Assembly: GCF_001194135.2 (NCBI RefSeq)
Contig: NC_068981.1
Span: 35,735,757 to 35,799,756, forward strand
From: Octopus bimaculoides
Lineage: Eukaryota
Length of the DNA stretch: 64,000 nt
Direction of reading: 5' to 3'
Position numbers and translations under genes: made by a program. The notes below the pieces were generated by a model. The model saw nothing but the letters and a program-made list of their open reading frames with translations, did no database searches and was not told the origin of the DNA. This document shows positions 1-13,799 of this stretch, one piece after another (within the stretch, counting starts at the first letter, position 1; the number at the start of each line of letters is the position of its first letter).

Positions 1-828
1 TTTTTTTCTCAAATTAATAATCTCTTCTTTTCCTCTCCTTTTTAAAAGTGCAAAGCCAATGGAAGACTTGTTGACAAAATATAACAATATCACTGTAACT
101 TATGATCTTTTGAGAAGAACAAATGCAAACAAACACAGACACTCATACATGCATACATTGCTTTATGGGACAACTCTTTTAGCAGAGCATGAGTGGGGAG
201 AACAGGTGAGAGTGTGATGATTTTAGGTAAGGTAATGAGAGGAAGAGAGAAGTATGATGAGAGAGATAGCATTGTAGTTATGAGAGTTTAGTAGTTGAGA
301 GAGTAACAGAGGCTTCACTATTGGGGTAGGAAGTATGGAAGGAAGAAGTTAGTGTTAGTGTTTGATGAAAAACAGAGTGGTGAGGATGAGGTGGATTGTG
401 TAGAAAAGGTCCAGGACTATTCTACCTTGTAGGGTGAGTATGGATGGAAGGTGTGAGGGAAAGCAAACACAAAAGAGAGAAAACAGATGAAGGTAGCAAG
501 AATCCAGAGTCAGTCACTGAAAGTGAGTTCTGAGAGTCATGGGAGGTAGGCCTGAGAAATGAAAATATTGAGGTAGCAGAGAGGCTGTGAAGAGAAAATG
601 AGAAAATGAAGAAATGAAGGAGAGATGAATGGTAGTGGACAAGCAAGTGAGCACCACAAGTGGTAAAACAAGAGATATGAATGATTGTGTGTGTGTGTGT
701 GTGCATGCGCACATGCATGTGTGTTACATGCATGTTTGTATATGTCAGTACAGAGAAGAGATATTTTATGTTCTAAACTGCAAATTATACCAACTTAAGA
801 AAACAAACAATGAAATGAAGATGATGCA

Positions 829-869
<41 letters not shown>

Positions 870-1429
870 CATCATCATCAGCATTTATACCTATCTTTTA
901 TGTTGGCATGCACAGGATGATTTGACAGGAGCTAGTAAGTTAGAGGATTATGTTTTGCTCCAATGTCTCATTTTTAGTATAATTTCTATGACCAGATGCC
1001 CTTCCTAACATGAGTCACTATAGACAGTATACTGGGTACATTTTTTATAGTACCTGCATAATAGAAGTTGCTTTACCATCAGTAAGATTAAAAAGCCCAT
1101 TACTTGAATCAATTGTTGATCACAATGTGTACTGAGTGCTTTTTGTAGAACCAACATTGTTGGGGCCACCTTGAAGCTTGCAAAGTAAAAGAGAGCCTCC
1201 TTGATGGATGGAACAGGTTTACTGTGAAAGAATAGTAATACAGAGATTAAGAGAGAGAACAGTGTTGCAGTAGGAGTAATAGAATGAGAAGACAGTAATA
1301 TCAGAAATTAGTGTGAAGGAGAAAGGGACAAATGGAATTGATAATGGGATTGGTTGAGTAGATGGACCTAGTTATGGGGTGGGTCAGTTCATATGTCATG
1401 TCAGCATGGGCTGTATGGTCCTAAGAGAG

Positions 1430-1800
1430 TTCTTATAGGAGTTACATAGATTCATAGTTGTGAGAGAGTGGTAGGGGAGAGATTAGTAGCAACAGAGTTA
1501 GGGAAGAAGCTAATTGGAGTGAAAGCGAAAAGTAGTGTCTGGGGATTCGTGAGAGAGAGTTAGAAGAGTGAGAGAATGTAATGACTTTCAGAATGTAATC
1601 TTGCTGAAATGATCTCATATGGATTAGTCTGGAGAAAGGGCAGTGCCCATTTTATTTACAGGCCTTCAAGACTGGTCAGCTTAATACATATCATTTGTTT
1701 ATGGTAGTATTTATATTTTGATTTCAGTGAGAAAAAACTCATGTAGGACAGGATTCTAGTAGGTTGGCATTCTGTGGAGAAAGGTCAGGTTGAAATGGTC
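1430..1800 (-). mobile_element. Highly decayed CR1/L2-like LINE 3' fragment
   Basis: Minus-strand remnants YKYYH and SFFPNSV resemble the post-RT LFYRYYH and SFFPRT motifs. Many stops and frameshifts. Confidence 0.4.
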
Positions 1801-2492
1801 GGAGCAGCACTTAGGCTCTAGGACACAGTAAACAAGACATGAATTACAGAGACAGGTGTGTCAGTGATTGGGTCATGCAATTTACTTGTGGTAGTTATAG
1901 AACAAGTAGAGAAGAGACAGTGTGTTAGTGACTGAGATTTTATCAACCAGTTAGCTAGTTGCATTTTGGGTTAAGTCAAGGATGTTCATGTGCAACCCAG
2001 TACTCCAAGTTGCAACACATTACCACTACAACTTTGAGGCATTTGAAAGCTTTTAGTAAAAATAATGAAATAAAAGTGTTCCTTATATTTTTTCAATTCT
2101 ATTTTTATTGGTAAAGAAGGAAATAATAGATTGATTTATTTTCATTAAAACATTTACAAATTTCTTCAGGTCTATTTTTTTATCATTACTTCATTGTTTA
2201 ATTGATTTAAACCATTCTGATTGCAGTTCAGCTGGAGTACCACAGAATATATATTCTGTATATTGATTACTATTACTTGAAAAAAAAAAAAAAAAAACAG
2301 CAAAAAATCAGAGATATTCAGTACTTTTAAAATTTTTTTCTCTTTTGTTTGTTTTTGTTTTGTTTTCAGACAATAGAAAATTAAATCTGCTTCTTAATCT
2401 ATTTATAGAAAAGAAACTGGAAAATTATTTTTTGCCTCAAAGTATAAAAACAAAATATATTTCTCAAATATTAATTATTGATGCATCAAACA

Positions 2493-2526
<34 letters not shown>

Positions 2527-2539
2527 TTTTGTGTGTATA

Positions 2540-2750
2540 TCATCATCCTCATCATTTAACGTCCGTTGTCCATGGGTTGGATGGCTTGACTGGAGCTGGC
2601 ATGCTGGAAGTCTGCACCAGACTACAGTCTGATTTGGTATAGTTTTCTATGGCTGGATGCTCTTCCTAACGACAACCACTCTGAGAGTGTAATGGGTGCT
2701 TTTACATGCCACCAGCACAGGTGCCATTTATATAACACCTGTATCTGCCA
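2540..2750 (-). mobile_element. (ATG)n-tailed retroposon 3' end (family C)
   Basis: catcat-ttaacgtcc...ctggatgc(c/t)cttcctaac..caaccact motif, shared with copies near 3270, 11765, 16560, 27040, 43585 and 52440. Confidence 0.75.
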
Positions 2751-3209
2751 TGATTGCGATATATGTGATATATGTGTGTGTGTGTGTGTATGTATATATA
2801 TATATATATATGCACATACACACACACACACACACACATAGCTTATTTATACACAGTACACAAGGTTTTTGCAATCTCACTGACTGTTTAGTCAGTGTTA
2901 AACCATATCAGAGTGATGGAATTTTGATCTGGTATTTGATGGTAGGGAGTCTGCTGCAGAGAAAATGCAAGTTACACTGAAATCACATGGATACAACGGT
3001 CCCATCCGTTGGTTCTGATGAAATTTCATCTGCTATATAGCACTTGAAGTCTAAATGAGATGGTTTCTCAGGAGAGTTACCACAGCTAATGATATTAAAA
3101 ACAACACATCCAACTCAAATTGGATGTGCAAATTAATATATATATATATATATATATATCTTTACTCACATGCATATATAAACAGACATACACATCACAC
3201 ACACACACA

Positions 3210-3212
3210 CAT

Positions 3213-3268
<56 letters not shown>

Positions 3269-3560
3269 TTAATGTCTGTTGTCCATGCTGGCATGAATTG
3301 GACAGTTTGACCAGAGCTGGTAAGCTGAGAAGCTGCACCAGACTCCAGTCTGATCTGGCATGATTTCTGTGGCCAGATGCCCTTCCTAATGCCAACCACT
3401 TCGAGAGTGTAATGGGTGCTTTTATGTGCCATGGGCATGGGTGGCAGTTGCATGACACCAGCATCTGCTACAACTATGATTTCACTCAGCTTCAAGGATC
3501 TTCCTTCTCAAGCACAGCATATTGCCAAAGGTCTCGGTCATTTGTCATTGTCTCTGATGC
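3210..3560 (-). mobile_element. Family C retroposon 3' end with long (CAT)n tail
   Basis: Same core motif, following about 19 CAT units. Confidence 0.75.
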
Positions 3561-3596
3561 TCAAAAGGGGCTTTTTATAGTGCTTTTTACAGTGCT

Positions 3597-3598
3597 CT

Positions 3599-3631
<33 letters not shown>

Positions 3632-4103
3632 GTAGATATGTGTATATACATACATACATACATATATATATGTGTGTGTGTATATATATACATATATATA
3701 TATACATGCACACACATATGTATATATTTATACACATAGAGGCAGTTATGTGGATAAACAAATTAAACATGTTAAATATAACAGCTTGGATATGAAATGC
3801 AAAATATGTATTTATGTATACATGCAAAATGAGAGAAAGCAAAGAATGGAGACTTTCAGATGATGAATATTTGAGTATAGATATTTTGATATTTATATTA
3901 ATAGATACAACTTTCACAGAGAAATGCATATATATATACATATGTGTGTATGCATACAGATATGTATATGTATATATGTATATACATACAGACAGCCATA
4001 CATAGATAGACAGATACATACATATATATATATATAAATATATACACACACATATATATATATACACAGATATAGACATGTGTGTGTGCATGTATAGACA
4101 TAC

Positions 4104-4134
<31 letters not shown>

Positions 4135-4136
4135 TG

Positions 4137-4177
<41 letters not shown>

Positions 4178-4210
4178 GCACACATACCACACACAGATAT
4201 ACGCATGGCA
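3597..4210. repeat. Compound (TA)n/(TATG)n/(CA)n microsatellite tract
   Basis: About 600 bp of interrupted alternating purine-pyrimidine repeats. Confidence 0.9.
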
Positions 4211-7200
4211 TGTATAAAGTTTTATAAACTTCCTCCACTTGCCTTTTCTCACTAATTTTGCTTTTTTTAAATGTGAAGATACAAATCTTTTGAGTATTAT
4301 TTAACACAAGAATTGAATTAATTAACAATTTTGTGAAGCAAATGTAATTAAAGATAAAAGATAATATAACAATATACTGAAAAAGTGAAACAAAAACAAA
4401 AGAAAAACAAATAAGATATCTAAAAACAACCAAAAATGGCAATAAAATCATTAATTAGTTCATAAATATAAGTAAATGTGCTTGTATTCTTGTAAATGTC
4501 TCAATTGAAATGAAACTTCACTTCAATATCTATTTTGAGGCAATGTGTAAAAAGAGTAATATTCAATTTTTGCGAATAAAATTTACTTTTCTTTATCATG
4601 AATATGGATGGATTATTTAAACTTAAAATATGATATTTTAAAGACAAATCTACTTATTCTAATTGTAATAAACCGTAATGTGGTGGACTGGTACTTCTAG
4701 TTTTTGTAGCCTTAAGTGGAAGTGAGACGATCTCTCTCTACATAAGAGTACTGCTTATGTTACAAATAGGTTTTCCTATAGCAAAAGTTGAACTCAGCCC
4801 CACAAGCTAATGAGTCACTCATTATATCAACATTGCTGCCTGACTTAGTGAGCTGTTTCTATCATATGGTATGTATTTACAAAGTGGACTAGGCCATGTG
4901 GGACTTACGTATCCTGGTATGCAACATAATACCGAGGACAGGACAAGATACAAAGTTGCAACCTCAAGTCTAATCATCATCTACCACTCTTCTAGTCTTG
5001 CTCTCCATTTCTATCATTGTATCTACTACTAGTTCTAAGTTTCTTTATATTAAGAACTTTCCATCATAGCATCCAATTACAGTTTTTCTCTAATACTTTA
5101 AGATGTAAGTTTTTTACCATAACCTTGGTTTGAGTAAAACCTGGTGAGTGAAATTTGGTAGGCAAAGTGTGTGGAACTCCATCAGTGGTAAATTTCCCAT
5201 TTTTGGTTGGTAGGCTTAATCTATTTCTCATTTTAACACCCATTTTCATTGGGTATCTTTAGTGAATTCCACTTTGATTCAAGCATTTGAGCAGGTCCCA
5301 AATCTGAAGATAATTTCTTCTTTTCCTCACACCCATCTTAGAGGCCATGGAAAGAGTCATAGGTGTTGGCCTTCCTGAAATGAATAAGTCTTAAAAAAAG
5401 TTTCTAAAATGTACCTTGTATCAATGCCACTCAAAGATTGATACCAAACTCTAGTGAGAAGAATGTGGTAGATAGAAACTTTGAAATAACTCATCAGAGG
5501 GTTCATTTCTATTCTTGGGTGGTAGCTGGACTTAATTTGTTGTCCACTTTAACACCATCATCTGACCTTTGAGTGCGTTTCATAGTACCTGCTCTGTTAC
5601 TGTTCCAGACCAGATCTCTGGTCTGAGAACAACCTCTTACTACCAAACCCTATGAAGAGAACCATAGGCTCCACTTTCCTTCCTCTAACTATGCAAAAAA
5701 AAAAAAAAAGAAAATAAACTTCCATATCTTTCTTTTTGCTAAAATAATTTCCTTTCTTTCTATCTTTACATAATGAAATAAAGTAATAAAATTAATAAAA
5801 CCTCAGTCAGTTCATACGAATAGTACAAGTTAAAAGAGTATAAACAAATATTAAGGCCGTTATAGTTCAATATGAGCATTAAGGACTCTATTGTTGAAAT
5901 GAAAAATAAAATTGAATAATTGCATAAAGATCACATAATATACTTCATTCCATCAAACTCAAATTTGCTCCACTAGCAAAAATTAATATTGACTTTTGTC
6001 AAGATGATTCTCTCTCTTGAAATGATAAAGAAGAACCAATGAACTAACATTCTGAAGAAAATATATATAAAAATAAAACACAGTTCTTAGATTCATATGA
6101 GTTGAAATTTATTCAGATGTAGACCACAGTATAATTACAGTTGAAAAAAATCTTCAGTCTAGTATATAGTGCTTAAGGGGATTTCCATCTTTTCCTGTTG
6201 TTGAGCTGGAAGAGTAGAAAGAAAACTACTCTAGATAGTGAAGAACAACTGCTTCTTCAGAGTCAGCATCAATTTCTATTCTTTTGTTGTAAATAAATTC
6301 ACAACCCTCCAATCATGTCATTGTCCTGATGCTGCTGCTAATCTTGCAAATATGGACATGAAAGGTTGTGTCACTGCTCATTACAGTCCTCATGTATTGA
6401 ACTGATTCTGAAAATGCAGTCTTTTAATTCTGTGTCTTGACTGATATGTGTGTGTGTGTGTGTGTGTACGTGCACGCAAGTGTGTGTGTGTATGTGTGTG
6501 TTAATTCCTTATGCATGTAAATCTTATTTCATTCTGATTAGCTTTTCTTGGTTGGAATAAGAAGACATAAAAATAACTTTGATATACACCCTGACAGATG
6601 ACAAAAATAACATTAGTATTAGATTACAAGTTGCCGTATTTACCAATTTCTTGGAAAAAATTAACTTGTATCTATCCAATACAATGTTTAGAAATAGATA
6701 CAAAAAAAAATGTTTAAAAAAACAAAAGAATTAAATGAATAACAGTTAATAATAGCCATGAATGTTAGAAATAAATACAAAAGAATTAGAAATACTATTT
6801 TAGGTTTTTATGAATTCAAAAAAAAAAAAAAGTATAGACCCTTCAAGATATTTTAGTCAGAGTAAAAGCTTTTTTTGAATGATCCTAATTTGGTATTTCA
6901 AGCCGAAACTGTCAAGGATGATTTTGATGATAAAGAACTGTTCTAAAATGGTAATGGTAACAGCTCCACAGTGAATAAAATGATTTAGTTTCTAACGACC
7001 AAAGAAGAACTACAACAATAAAAAAGGGAGAAAAATGTATAGTCTGAGAGGTATATAACAGAATTCTATCTCTGAATTGGTATATTTCAATGGCAGAATG
7101 CCAAGGAGCATTATATCTCAATTATGTATTCACCAAAACTGAAGATGCTTCCTCTTACTAACGTTGGATTATACAAAGGTAATTCTATTGGTGTGAGTCA

Positions 7201-7560
7201 TCTTCACTTTTACTTATTTTCTTTCTACATTTAAATGTCTGTCAATGGTATAAAGGAAATGGCTAAAAGAAATCTCATACATACATCTATGAAAAGCAAA
7301 AGCACTGAAGAATTGCATTGTCACTTGAATCCATTTGCTAAAGATTTAATAGGAACAAAATAAAGAAAATCGATGTGGTAAATGGATTTGGGGAGTAATT
7401 TTATAAACAGAGCTAAACGATAGTTGATAAGATGAAGAACAATTTACTGTAGTATGCAAATATTTTGAAAAGCAAACAGTAAAAAGTTTATTGGAAATTT
7501 GAGAATTTTTTGAAATTCTAAAAGAAAGAGTGAAAGAAATAATTTTCAGAAGAAAGTGCA

Positions 7561-7637
7561 GGCATGACAGTGTGGTTGAGAAATTCATTTTCTAGCTAAG
7601 TTTTGGGTTCAGTTCACTGTGTGTCACCTTGGGCAAG

Positions 7638-7679
<42 letters not shown>

Positions 7680-7880
7680 TATATATATGTACACATGTAT
7701 GTGTGTGTCTGTGTGCATGTTTGTGTGAGCTCATATTTGCTCATCTGTTTGTTATTTGATAGACTGGGGAATTATTATCTTGCATGGAAACAGGAGAGAT
7801 TTCTGACAGAAAGGGCATATAGCTGTAGAAAAGTTTTCCCCAACATACTCTCATTTGAGCCATGCAAGTATGGGAAAGTA
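7561..7880 (+). mobile_element. tRNA-head SINE (family A), decayed, with internal (TA)n
   Basis: gtgtggtt...gggttcagttcactgtgtgtcaccttgggcaagt head and agaaaagttttcc...catgcaagtatggga tail, shared with other family A copies. Confidence 0.6.
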
Positions 7881-9308
7881 GATTTTTAAAAGATGATAAG
7901 GCTGATAATGAATTGTGGGTCAGATTTTTGCATTGGTTAGTGATATGATGAGAAAAAGCCTTAGATTCTGGATAAATGATTTACAAACTTTCCAACTTAG
8001 AGCAGTACTAACACATATGTATTTTCACTACCTTATACACTAATTTACTAGTGTCAGTCTATATAACTGAAAATACACTTTTATTTATCTTATTTTTTGC
8101 ATATATTATCTTGCAATACGTCTGAACGTATCAGTGATGTTACTGGGGTCGTCAGATGTTTTGAGTCTTTCAACAAACAAACCTCTTCACTCAGGTGACC
8201 TGGTCAGGGTTGATTAACCCCAGCTTGTAAGCAGTTTGCACTGTCCCAGGGTTAACATCTGAACCACAGCTATCCCAAAGCAATCACTGCTGCTTCTTAG
8301 TATCTGTGATTCCCAACATATTGTAGGCTCTGTAGATGAACTGATTTTCCAGTGATTCGTGTAGTTTCTAAATTTCTGCATCTATTCAACTTATCCTTAT
8401 ATGGAAAAATGGATATAAAACTAATTTTAATTATTTATTTTCATTATGTCTATTACATGAACTGATTAGGTAATATATAGTATTGTCTGTAATGAATGGT
8501 ATCTCATTAAGTTATGTATCTTACACTTTTTATTAATATTGATGTATTTAACGACTTAGATGATTATTTGATGCTATAGTTCTTGACAAATAAAGTATTT
8601 GATTTTTATCCTTGCTTCTCTAAATAACCTCTTATTGCATTCATTTATTGACTACTTACTCTCATTATATCAAATATTTTTTGAAGGTTAAACCTCACAA
8701 ATCTCTCTTTACTTTCTAGCTTCCTAGAATACAATGTCATGATGTGATTAGAGAGGTAAGATTCAGGCCTTAATCAAGAATAGCAAGAAATGAAAATAAT
8801 AACAGAAAATAAAACTAAACTACTAAATAAGAATCAAAAGCAATGTTCAAAACCATTAAGTTATTATCAGTAATGGCAAAGTAATTGTTTGTGATAGTTT
8901 AATGTCGCAACAGTCAATCATAGTATTCAGTTTATTATTGCCCTGACAAACTGAACTAACTACAACGGTAGCACTATTTTATTGCTTTTTACTATTGTCA
9001 TCAGTTACCTGCTGTTAAATGGCCATTTCAGATCCTATTCTTATGATGCCTAGAAAGTAGTAACAATACATTTAATAGATAACACCATGCTTCGACTGTA
9101 TTTAATATGTTCTCAATACATTTATTTCAATCTGTTAAGATGCTTTAAAAAGGAAAAGATAAGACATACATAAAATTCTTTGAAAAGTGTTGTCCACAGA
9201 AAGGTAGAATAAATAAATGAAATGACTAAAAACATATCTAGTAAGTGTAGAAGAAGGAAGGAAGGAAAAAATGAAGGGGAATAAAGAACAAGAAAAGATT
9301 TTACTTAC

Positions 9309-9540
9309 GTCCTTCTCCTGAATAGCCGACAAATACAAAAGGAGGTTGCGGGGAATCTCCCATGGCATTAACTGCCCTTACTTTGATGTTATAAGGGGTG
9401 TAGACTTCATCAACATCTACTTGAAGCTCTCCTCTTTCAGAATCTTCAACGTCTTGGGAGTTCCAAAATGTACTTCCGCGTCTTTGCCAACTGACTCGGT
9501 ATTTAAAATTTGGACCATGGTGATAGAAGCGAATCATTGT
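9309..9540 (-). CDS. Nrg: Neuroglian / L1-CAM family, next internal exon (232 nt; remainder of FN3 domain 2)
   Basis: Acceptor ttcttacag|ACA (phase 0) and donor GGA C|gtaagt (phase 1). Translation: TMIRFYHHGPNFKYRVSWQRRGSTFW...VYTPYNIKVRAVNAMGDSPQPPFVFVGYSGEG. It shows the L1-family H.gPNF.Y.VSW and Y.IKV.AVN..G...GYSGE motifs, and its phase matches the 47690 donor. Confidence 0.95.
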
Positions 9541-10154
9541 CTGTAAGAAAGAAAAATACAGATATTTAATCTTTATAGATTCACCTGTCAACCAATCAAT
9601 TTACCTATATCCATTTGCTTGTCTATTATCATTGCTCTTTATCTATGAATGTTTAATGATCCATATTCATTAAAATAATAACTGAATTAGTATTATCATA
9701 TTAAATGTAGCAGACATAAAATAAGCTAATTAGAAATTATTATGTGGTTAGGAAAAGTTGGAATTAGTGAATAATTAGTCTCATTTTAATTATTCCGACA
9801 AATATGAGAGATAACTTGAAACATATTTTGGTTTTATTAGACCTCCTCAGTGAAGCATAAACTTCATTGTACTTGCAAAAGTAGGGATGAGTGAATCACA
9901 ATATTGTATACAAATTGGTGTTAAAAATTAGCATATTCTAGAGAATATATTATTTAGAGACAGAATAATAGAAATATTGGTCAAATGCTAATATTGTCTT
10001 TTTTTCCCTGCATAATAATTTTTAATTAACATTTTAATGCACACTGCATTGAATTTGCTAACACTAACTTGACTTATTTATGAATAGATGGTGATTTTAA
10101 GTAATTTATTCATAAAAATAGGCCTGTTATGATCTACACAGATTCAACAGTAAT

Positions 10155-10320
10155 GGAGCAGGCAAATTTGAATGGTTAAGAAATTTGATTCACAATCATG
10201 AAATCCTCAGTTCATTTCCGCTATATGGCATCATGGGAAAATGTCTTCTACCATTGCCTCTGGTTGATCCAAAGTCTTGTGAATGAAACTGAGTGAACAG
10301 AAACTGCGATGAAACCCATC
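10155..10320 (+). mobile_element. tRNA-head SINE (family A), decayed
   Basis: tggttaagaa...cagttc...tgtcttctac...ttgtga motif order. Confidence 0.55.
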
Positions 10321-11716
10321 AGGTGGATTGTACTCATAATTCAAAGCACTAGTTTGTCTACACAAATTGTGTCATGCCGATTCTGTCTGAAGAAGATGTT
10401 AAAGGAACATGTGACTGTCAAACCCATTTATGTTTAGCTATACATAATATTCAACATTTCTTCCTACACCTGAACAACAAATTTGTAAAGGACAAAGAGA
10501 CTTCAATTATTCTTTTTAGAAATTAGATATATACAACATACTCAAATATTACTGATGATGCAGTTCTGATTCATTGTATAAAGTAGTGGTTTATTCTCCA
10601 TTACACAATTTCTTGACTATAACCCAGTAAAGCCTGTACATATGACTTATGTCTGAATTATTCTCTAAGACGAATATGACTTGAAAGGATTTTCCTGAAA
10701 TCAGTTGATGGCTAATGTAGCTGATATTAAATTTAGTGCTGAATAATAGTTATTTGAAATGTAATGTTAAGGAGTGACACCACCAGAGTGACATATTTTT
10801 AAGAAAGGCAGAGAACTTCCATCTCTTAAGTACTATTAAGATTTTCTTTTCTTTTGCTCTCTCCAGTTCAACAACAATAAACTTTAGTCTTCAAATGTCT
10901 TTCCAGTTAATCCCAGTTCTACTTAGATCAGTGAAATACTCTTGATAATCTGTATTCAACCACGTATAGAATGCTACATTCTAAGACATACACATCAAAT
11001 GGTTATATGTATATTATAACACCCACTCCTCAGTTTGGAACTCCTTGTCTGAGTACGTCCATCACCCATTCACTCCCATCTACGTAGGAAGGAAAATGTA
11101 AACTACACAAATCTAATCTAATCTTTCTTTATCTCTCAGAGCACCTATAATTAACTATGTTCTGATAACAACAAGGGAAAGGAAATAATATTGTGGTAGA
11201 AATAGTATATTATTGATAATTCACAAACTGTTGTTGTATTGTGATATTTCAAAAGAGCAGTAGGAACTTAATTTATTTTATGTAAAATATTTCCCCTGAA
11301 ATTCCTTGAATCATGTTAAAAGTTGCTGGAGATTTTGATAAGAAATTAGTTATCTCTGACAACTATAGATTACATTATAATAAAACACGTATAAAATATA
11401 GATTTTTCATTCTCTCTCCTTGAAAATTTTATATAAACATTGTGAGATATCTTTTCATAGTCAAAGTATGCCTAATTTGGTTCAAATACAATTTTTCTTT
11501 CTTACTGAAAACTGTGTTTTTAATATACATGTATACACACATTCATGCATAAATTATATAATATAATCATTTATCATATTTAAATTTAGTGTGTGCATGT
11601 GTGTTAAATGTATGTGTGTGTGTGTGTAGTACACACACGCACACATGCATACTCTGACTATAGTTTTCAACGAAAAACCTGTATCTGTGCCAAGTTATGT
11701 ATGCTTTGCCTGTCTA

Positions 11717-11754
<38 letters not shown>

Positions 11755-11757
<3 letters not shown>

Positions 11758-11882
11758 TCATCATCATTTAACGTCTGTTTCCATGCTGGACGGTTTGACT
11801 GGGGTCTGGGAAGCCAGGAGGCTGCATCTGATCTGGCAGTGTTTCTACAGCTGGATGCATTTCCTAACGCCAACCACTCTGA
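11755..11882 (-). mobile_element. Family C retroposon 3' end
   Basis: catcatttaacgtctgtttccatgct...gtttctacagctggatgc...cctaacgccaaccactc. Confidence 0.8.
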
Positions 11883-12190
11883 GTGTGTGTGTGTGTGTGT
11901 GTGTGTAATAAATTTGGATAAGTTTGTATGCTATAGAAAGAAATGGTATATGAAACTTTAGAATTGAGCCTTTGAGAGAAGTATAGAATTTATCCTTTTG
12001 TTTCAGTTCATGATTTATCTGTGAGGAACAGCATTGTCAATTCGTGTGCAAATGATATTTCTTAAATATTTTTTGCTACCTTTTTATCACCAAGTATGAA
12101 TATTATTTTTCTATGTAGCATGCATTGCAATGTACAGACACATCTGTTTGTGTAAGCACATAATATATATTATGTGTCCTTATTTTTTCC

Positions 12191-13036
12191 TGTCCTTTTT
12201 TGTATTGTCTAACTGTTCAAATGTTTTGTTGTCGCCTGTAATGTTCTTGTTCCATTTTTTGTTTTGTCTTTTTATACATACATATAGTGGTCTAGTACAC
12301 TTTGGTCATCTGTATGTAACTACATATATACATATCTAAATTCTGTATGACTCTTTTACTTTTTCCTTTAGCCCCCTTCACACTTTCTTCGTTCCTTCCA
12401 CTTTTCTTTTTCTTGCTCCCATCCTCTCTTACATTTCTTGGCCTTCCCTTCATTCTCATCACTTTCCCTCCTTCTTTACCTCACTCTGTCTCTTTCCTTT
12501 TTTCTCTCTTTCTTGTATCTCTCTAATTCTTCAATCTCTCTTCCCCTACCTCTCTCCTCTCCTTCCATTTAACCAGTGCTCGGCTAAGCCTGACCGTTCG
12601 ACTACCATCTGTATAGCATCTCTTATATTCCTTCCCATGACTTCCACCTTCTATGTTCCTGCTGTAAGGCTTCACTTCCACACACACCAGCTTAATTTAA
12701 TTCATCCTTAATTGAAAGACACCAGTTGTTAATGTCCTGTTGTTTGTATTTTTAATTGTGTACCATTTCTTCATATTTTTTCTTCCTTCTTTTTGTATAC
12801 ATTCGCTTGTGTTTTTTCCAAAGAATCTAGTGCGCTTAGCTTAGATTTTCTTGGGGCTGGCCAGATTAGAGCAGTCTTGAGAGTAACTGGGCGAAACTTC
12901 AAAGACGATCTGGCACTCGACTGAAGATTGAAAGCTCCGAATGATCCGTCCTTGATTTTTCTTGTCATTTTTTGTATCGTCTAACTGTCCAAATGTTTTG
13001 TAGTCGCCTGTTATGTTCTTGTTCCATTTTTGTTTT

Positions 13037-13038
<2 letters not shown>
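12191..13038 (+). mobile_element. About 850-bp element bounded by about 77-bp direct repeats (Penelope-like terminal repeat type, tentative)
   Basis: 12191-12267 and 12963-13038 are near-identical direct repeats (ttttttgtat(t/c)gtctaactgt(t/c)caaatgttttg...gttcttgttccattttt). A CTGAAGA...GTC motif lies at 12921-12950. Confidence 0.5.
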
Positions 13039-13099
<61 letters not shown>

Positions 13100-13102
<3 letters not shown>

Positions 13103-13300
13103 CATGATAGATCACTGACCACTACATTAAAATTTTTTTCTCCTTGTTTTTCTCCTTGTTTTTCTCCTTATTTCTTTCTGTTGAAGAGCGTAGCTCGAAA
13201 CGTTAAAGACTTTCTCTATTCCCGAAGCATTAAACTAATACACCCTTTTGTTGTTTACACCACCTGTCCTCGTCTGTTGTTGTTTTTTTCGTAAATTCTC
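13100..13300 (+). mobile_element. Penelope-like terminal repeat (hammerhead family H1), copy 1
   Basis: About 200-bp sequence atgatagatc(a/g)ct...gaagagcgta(g)gctcgaaacgttaaagact...aattctcccatatata, repeated at 27193-27390. Confidence 0.6.
13173..13209 (+). ncRNA. Minimal type I hammerhead-like motif (core variant CUGUUGA)
   Basis: TCTTT | CTGTTGA | A | GAGC-GTA-GCTC | GAAA | C-GTT | AAAGA. Stem I is TCTTT/AAAGA, stem II is GAGC/GCTC, and stem III is the palindromic ACGT. Confidence 0.5.
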
Positions 13301-13799
13301 CCATATATATATATAATGTAAACGTATGTATTTTCCAAATAAATTTATATATCTGTACCTGTATAAGGAAATGCATGTTTACTATCTAGTGAGGATATGC
13401 ATAAAATTAACTTCACAAAAGTATATATGTATCTAGCTACTGCAGATAAAAAATGTATATAAGCAACAGAAATAATAATATGCTTTCTTATCTTCGGAGC
13501 CAATCCATAAAAACAAATTTCTTACTAAGTTTTAGATCAACTTAAACACAATATTTTGATACAAACCAATGAATTCTTTTTGTCTCTGACCTGTGTTTTT
13601 ATACAAATTTAACCTCCCCGTCATCTCTTTATTTCCACCCACCCAATCAAACTATCCATAGAATTTTTTCTGCAGAAATATTTTTTATACCATGTTTATT
13701 TTCCAGCCAAATTGCACTATTCACAAGATGAACAAAAAATATGTGTAAGGTTTGGAAAATTAAAAGTATTTTACAGTATTTCTTTTATTCTTTTACTCA

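Noticed and set aside
90-610. Purine-rich stretch possibly derived from an old retroelement
   Set aside because: No diagnostic motif could be recovered.
3561-4451. 296-aa minus-strand ORF
   Set aside because: It is the translation of a (TA)/(TATG) microsatellite tract with no domain signal.
4904-4970. Strong minus-strand donor (AC|gtaagt) as a candidate next neuroglian exon
   Set aside because: There is no polypyrimidine acceptor, upstream frames contain stops, and the peptide does not resemble FN3-3.
5602-5630. Short palindrome cagaccaga-tc-tctggtctg
   Set aside because: A 9-bp stem is within chance expectation for 64 kb.
5660-5710. Acceptor-like poly(T)-gcatag on the minus strand
   Set aside because: The phase-compatible frame stops after about 30 codons and has no FN3 features.
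6870-7180. Plus-strand stretch with protein-like fragments (for example ALYLNYVFTKTEDASSY)
   Set aside because: All frames have stops, there is no consistent family motif, and it is on the wrong strand for the host gene.
9374-9379. Cryptic donor AAA|GTAAGG inside the FN3-2 exon
   Set aside because: Its use would change phase and frameshift; there is no evidence of use.
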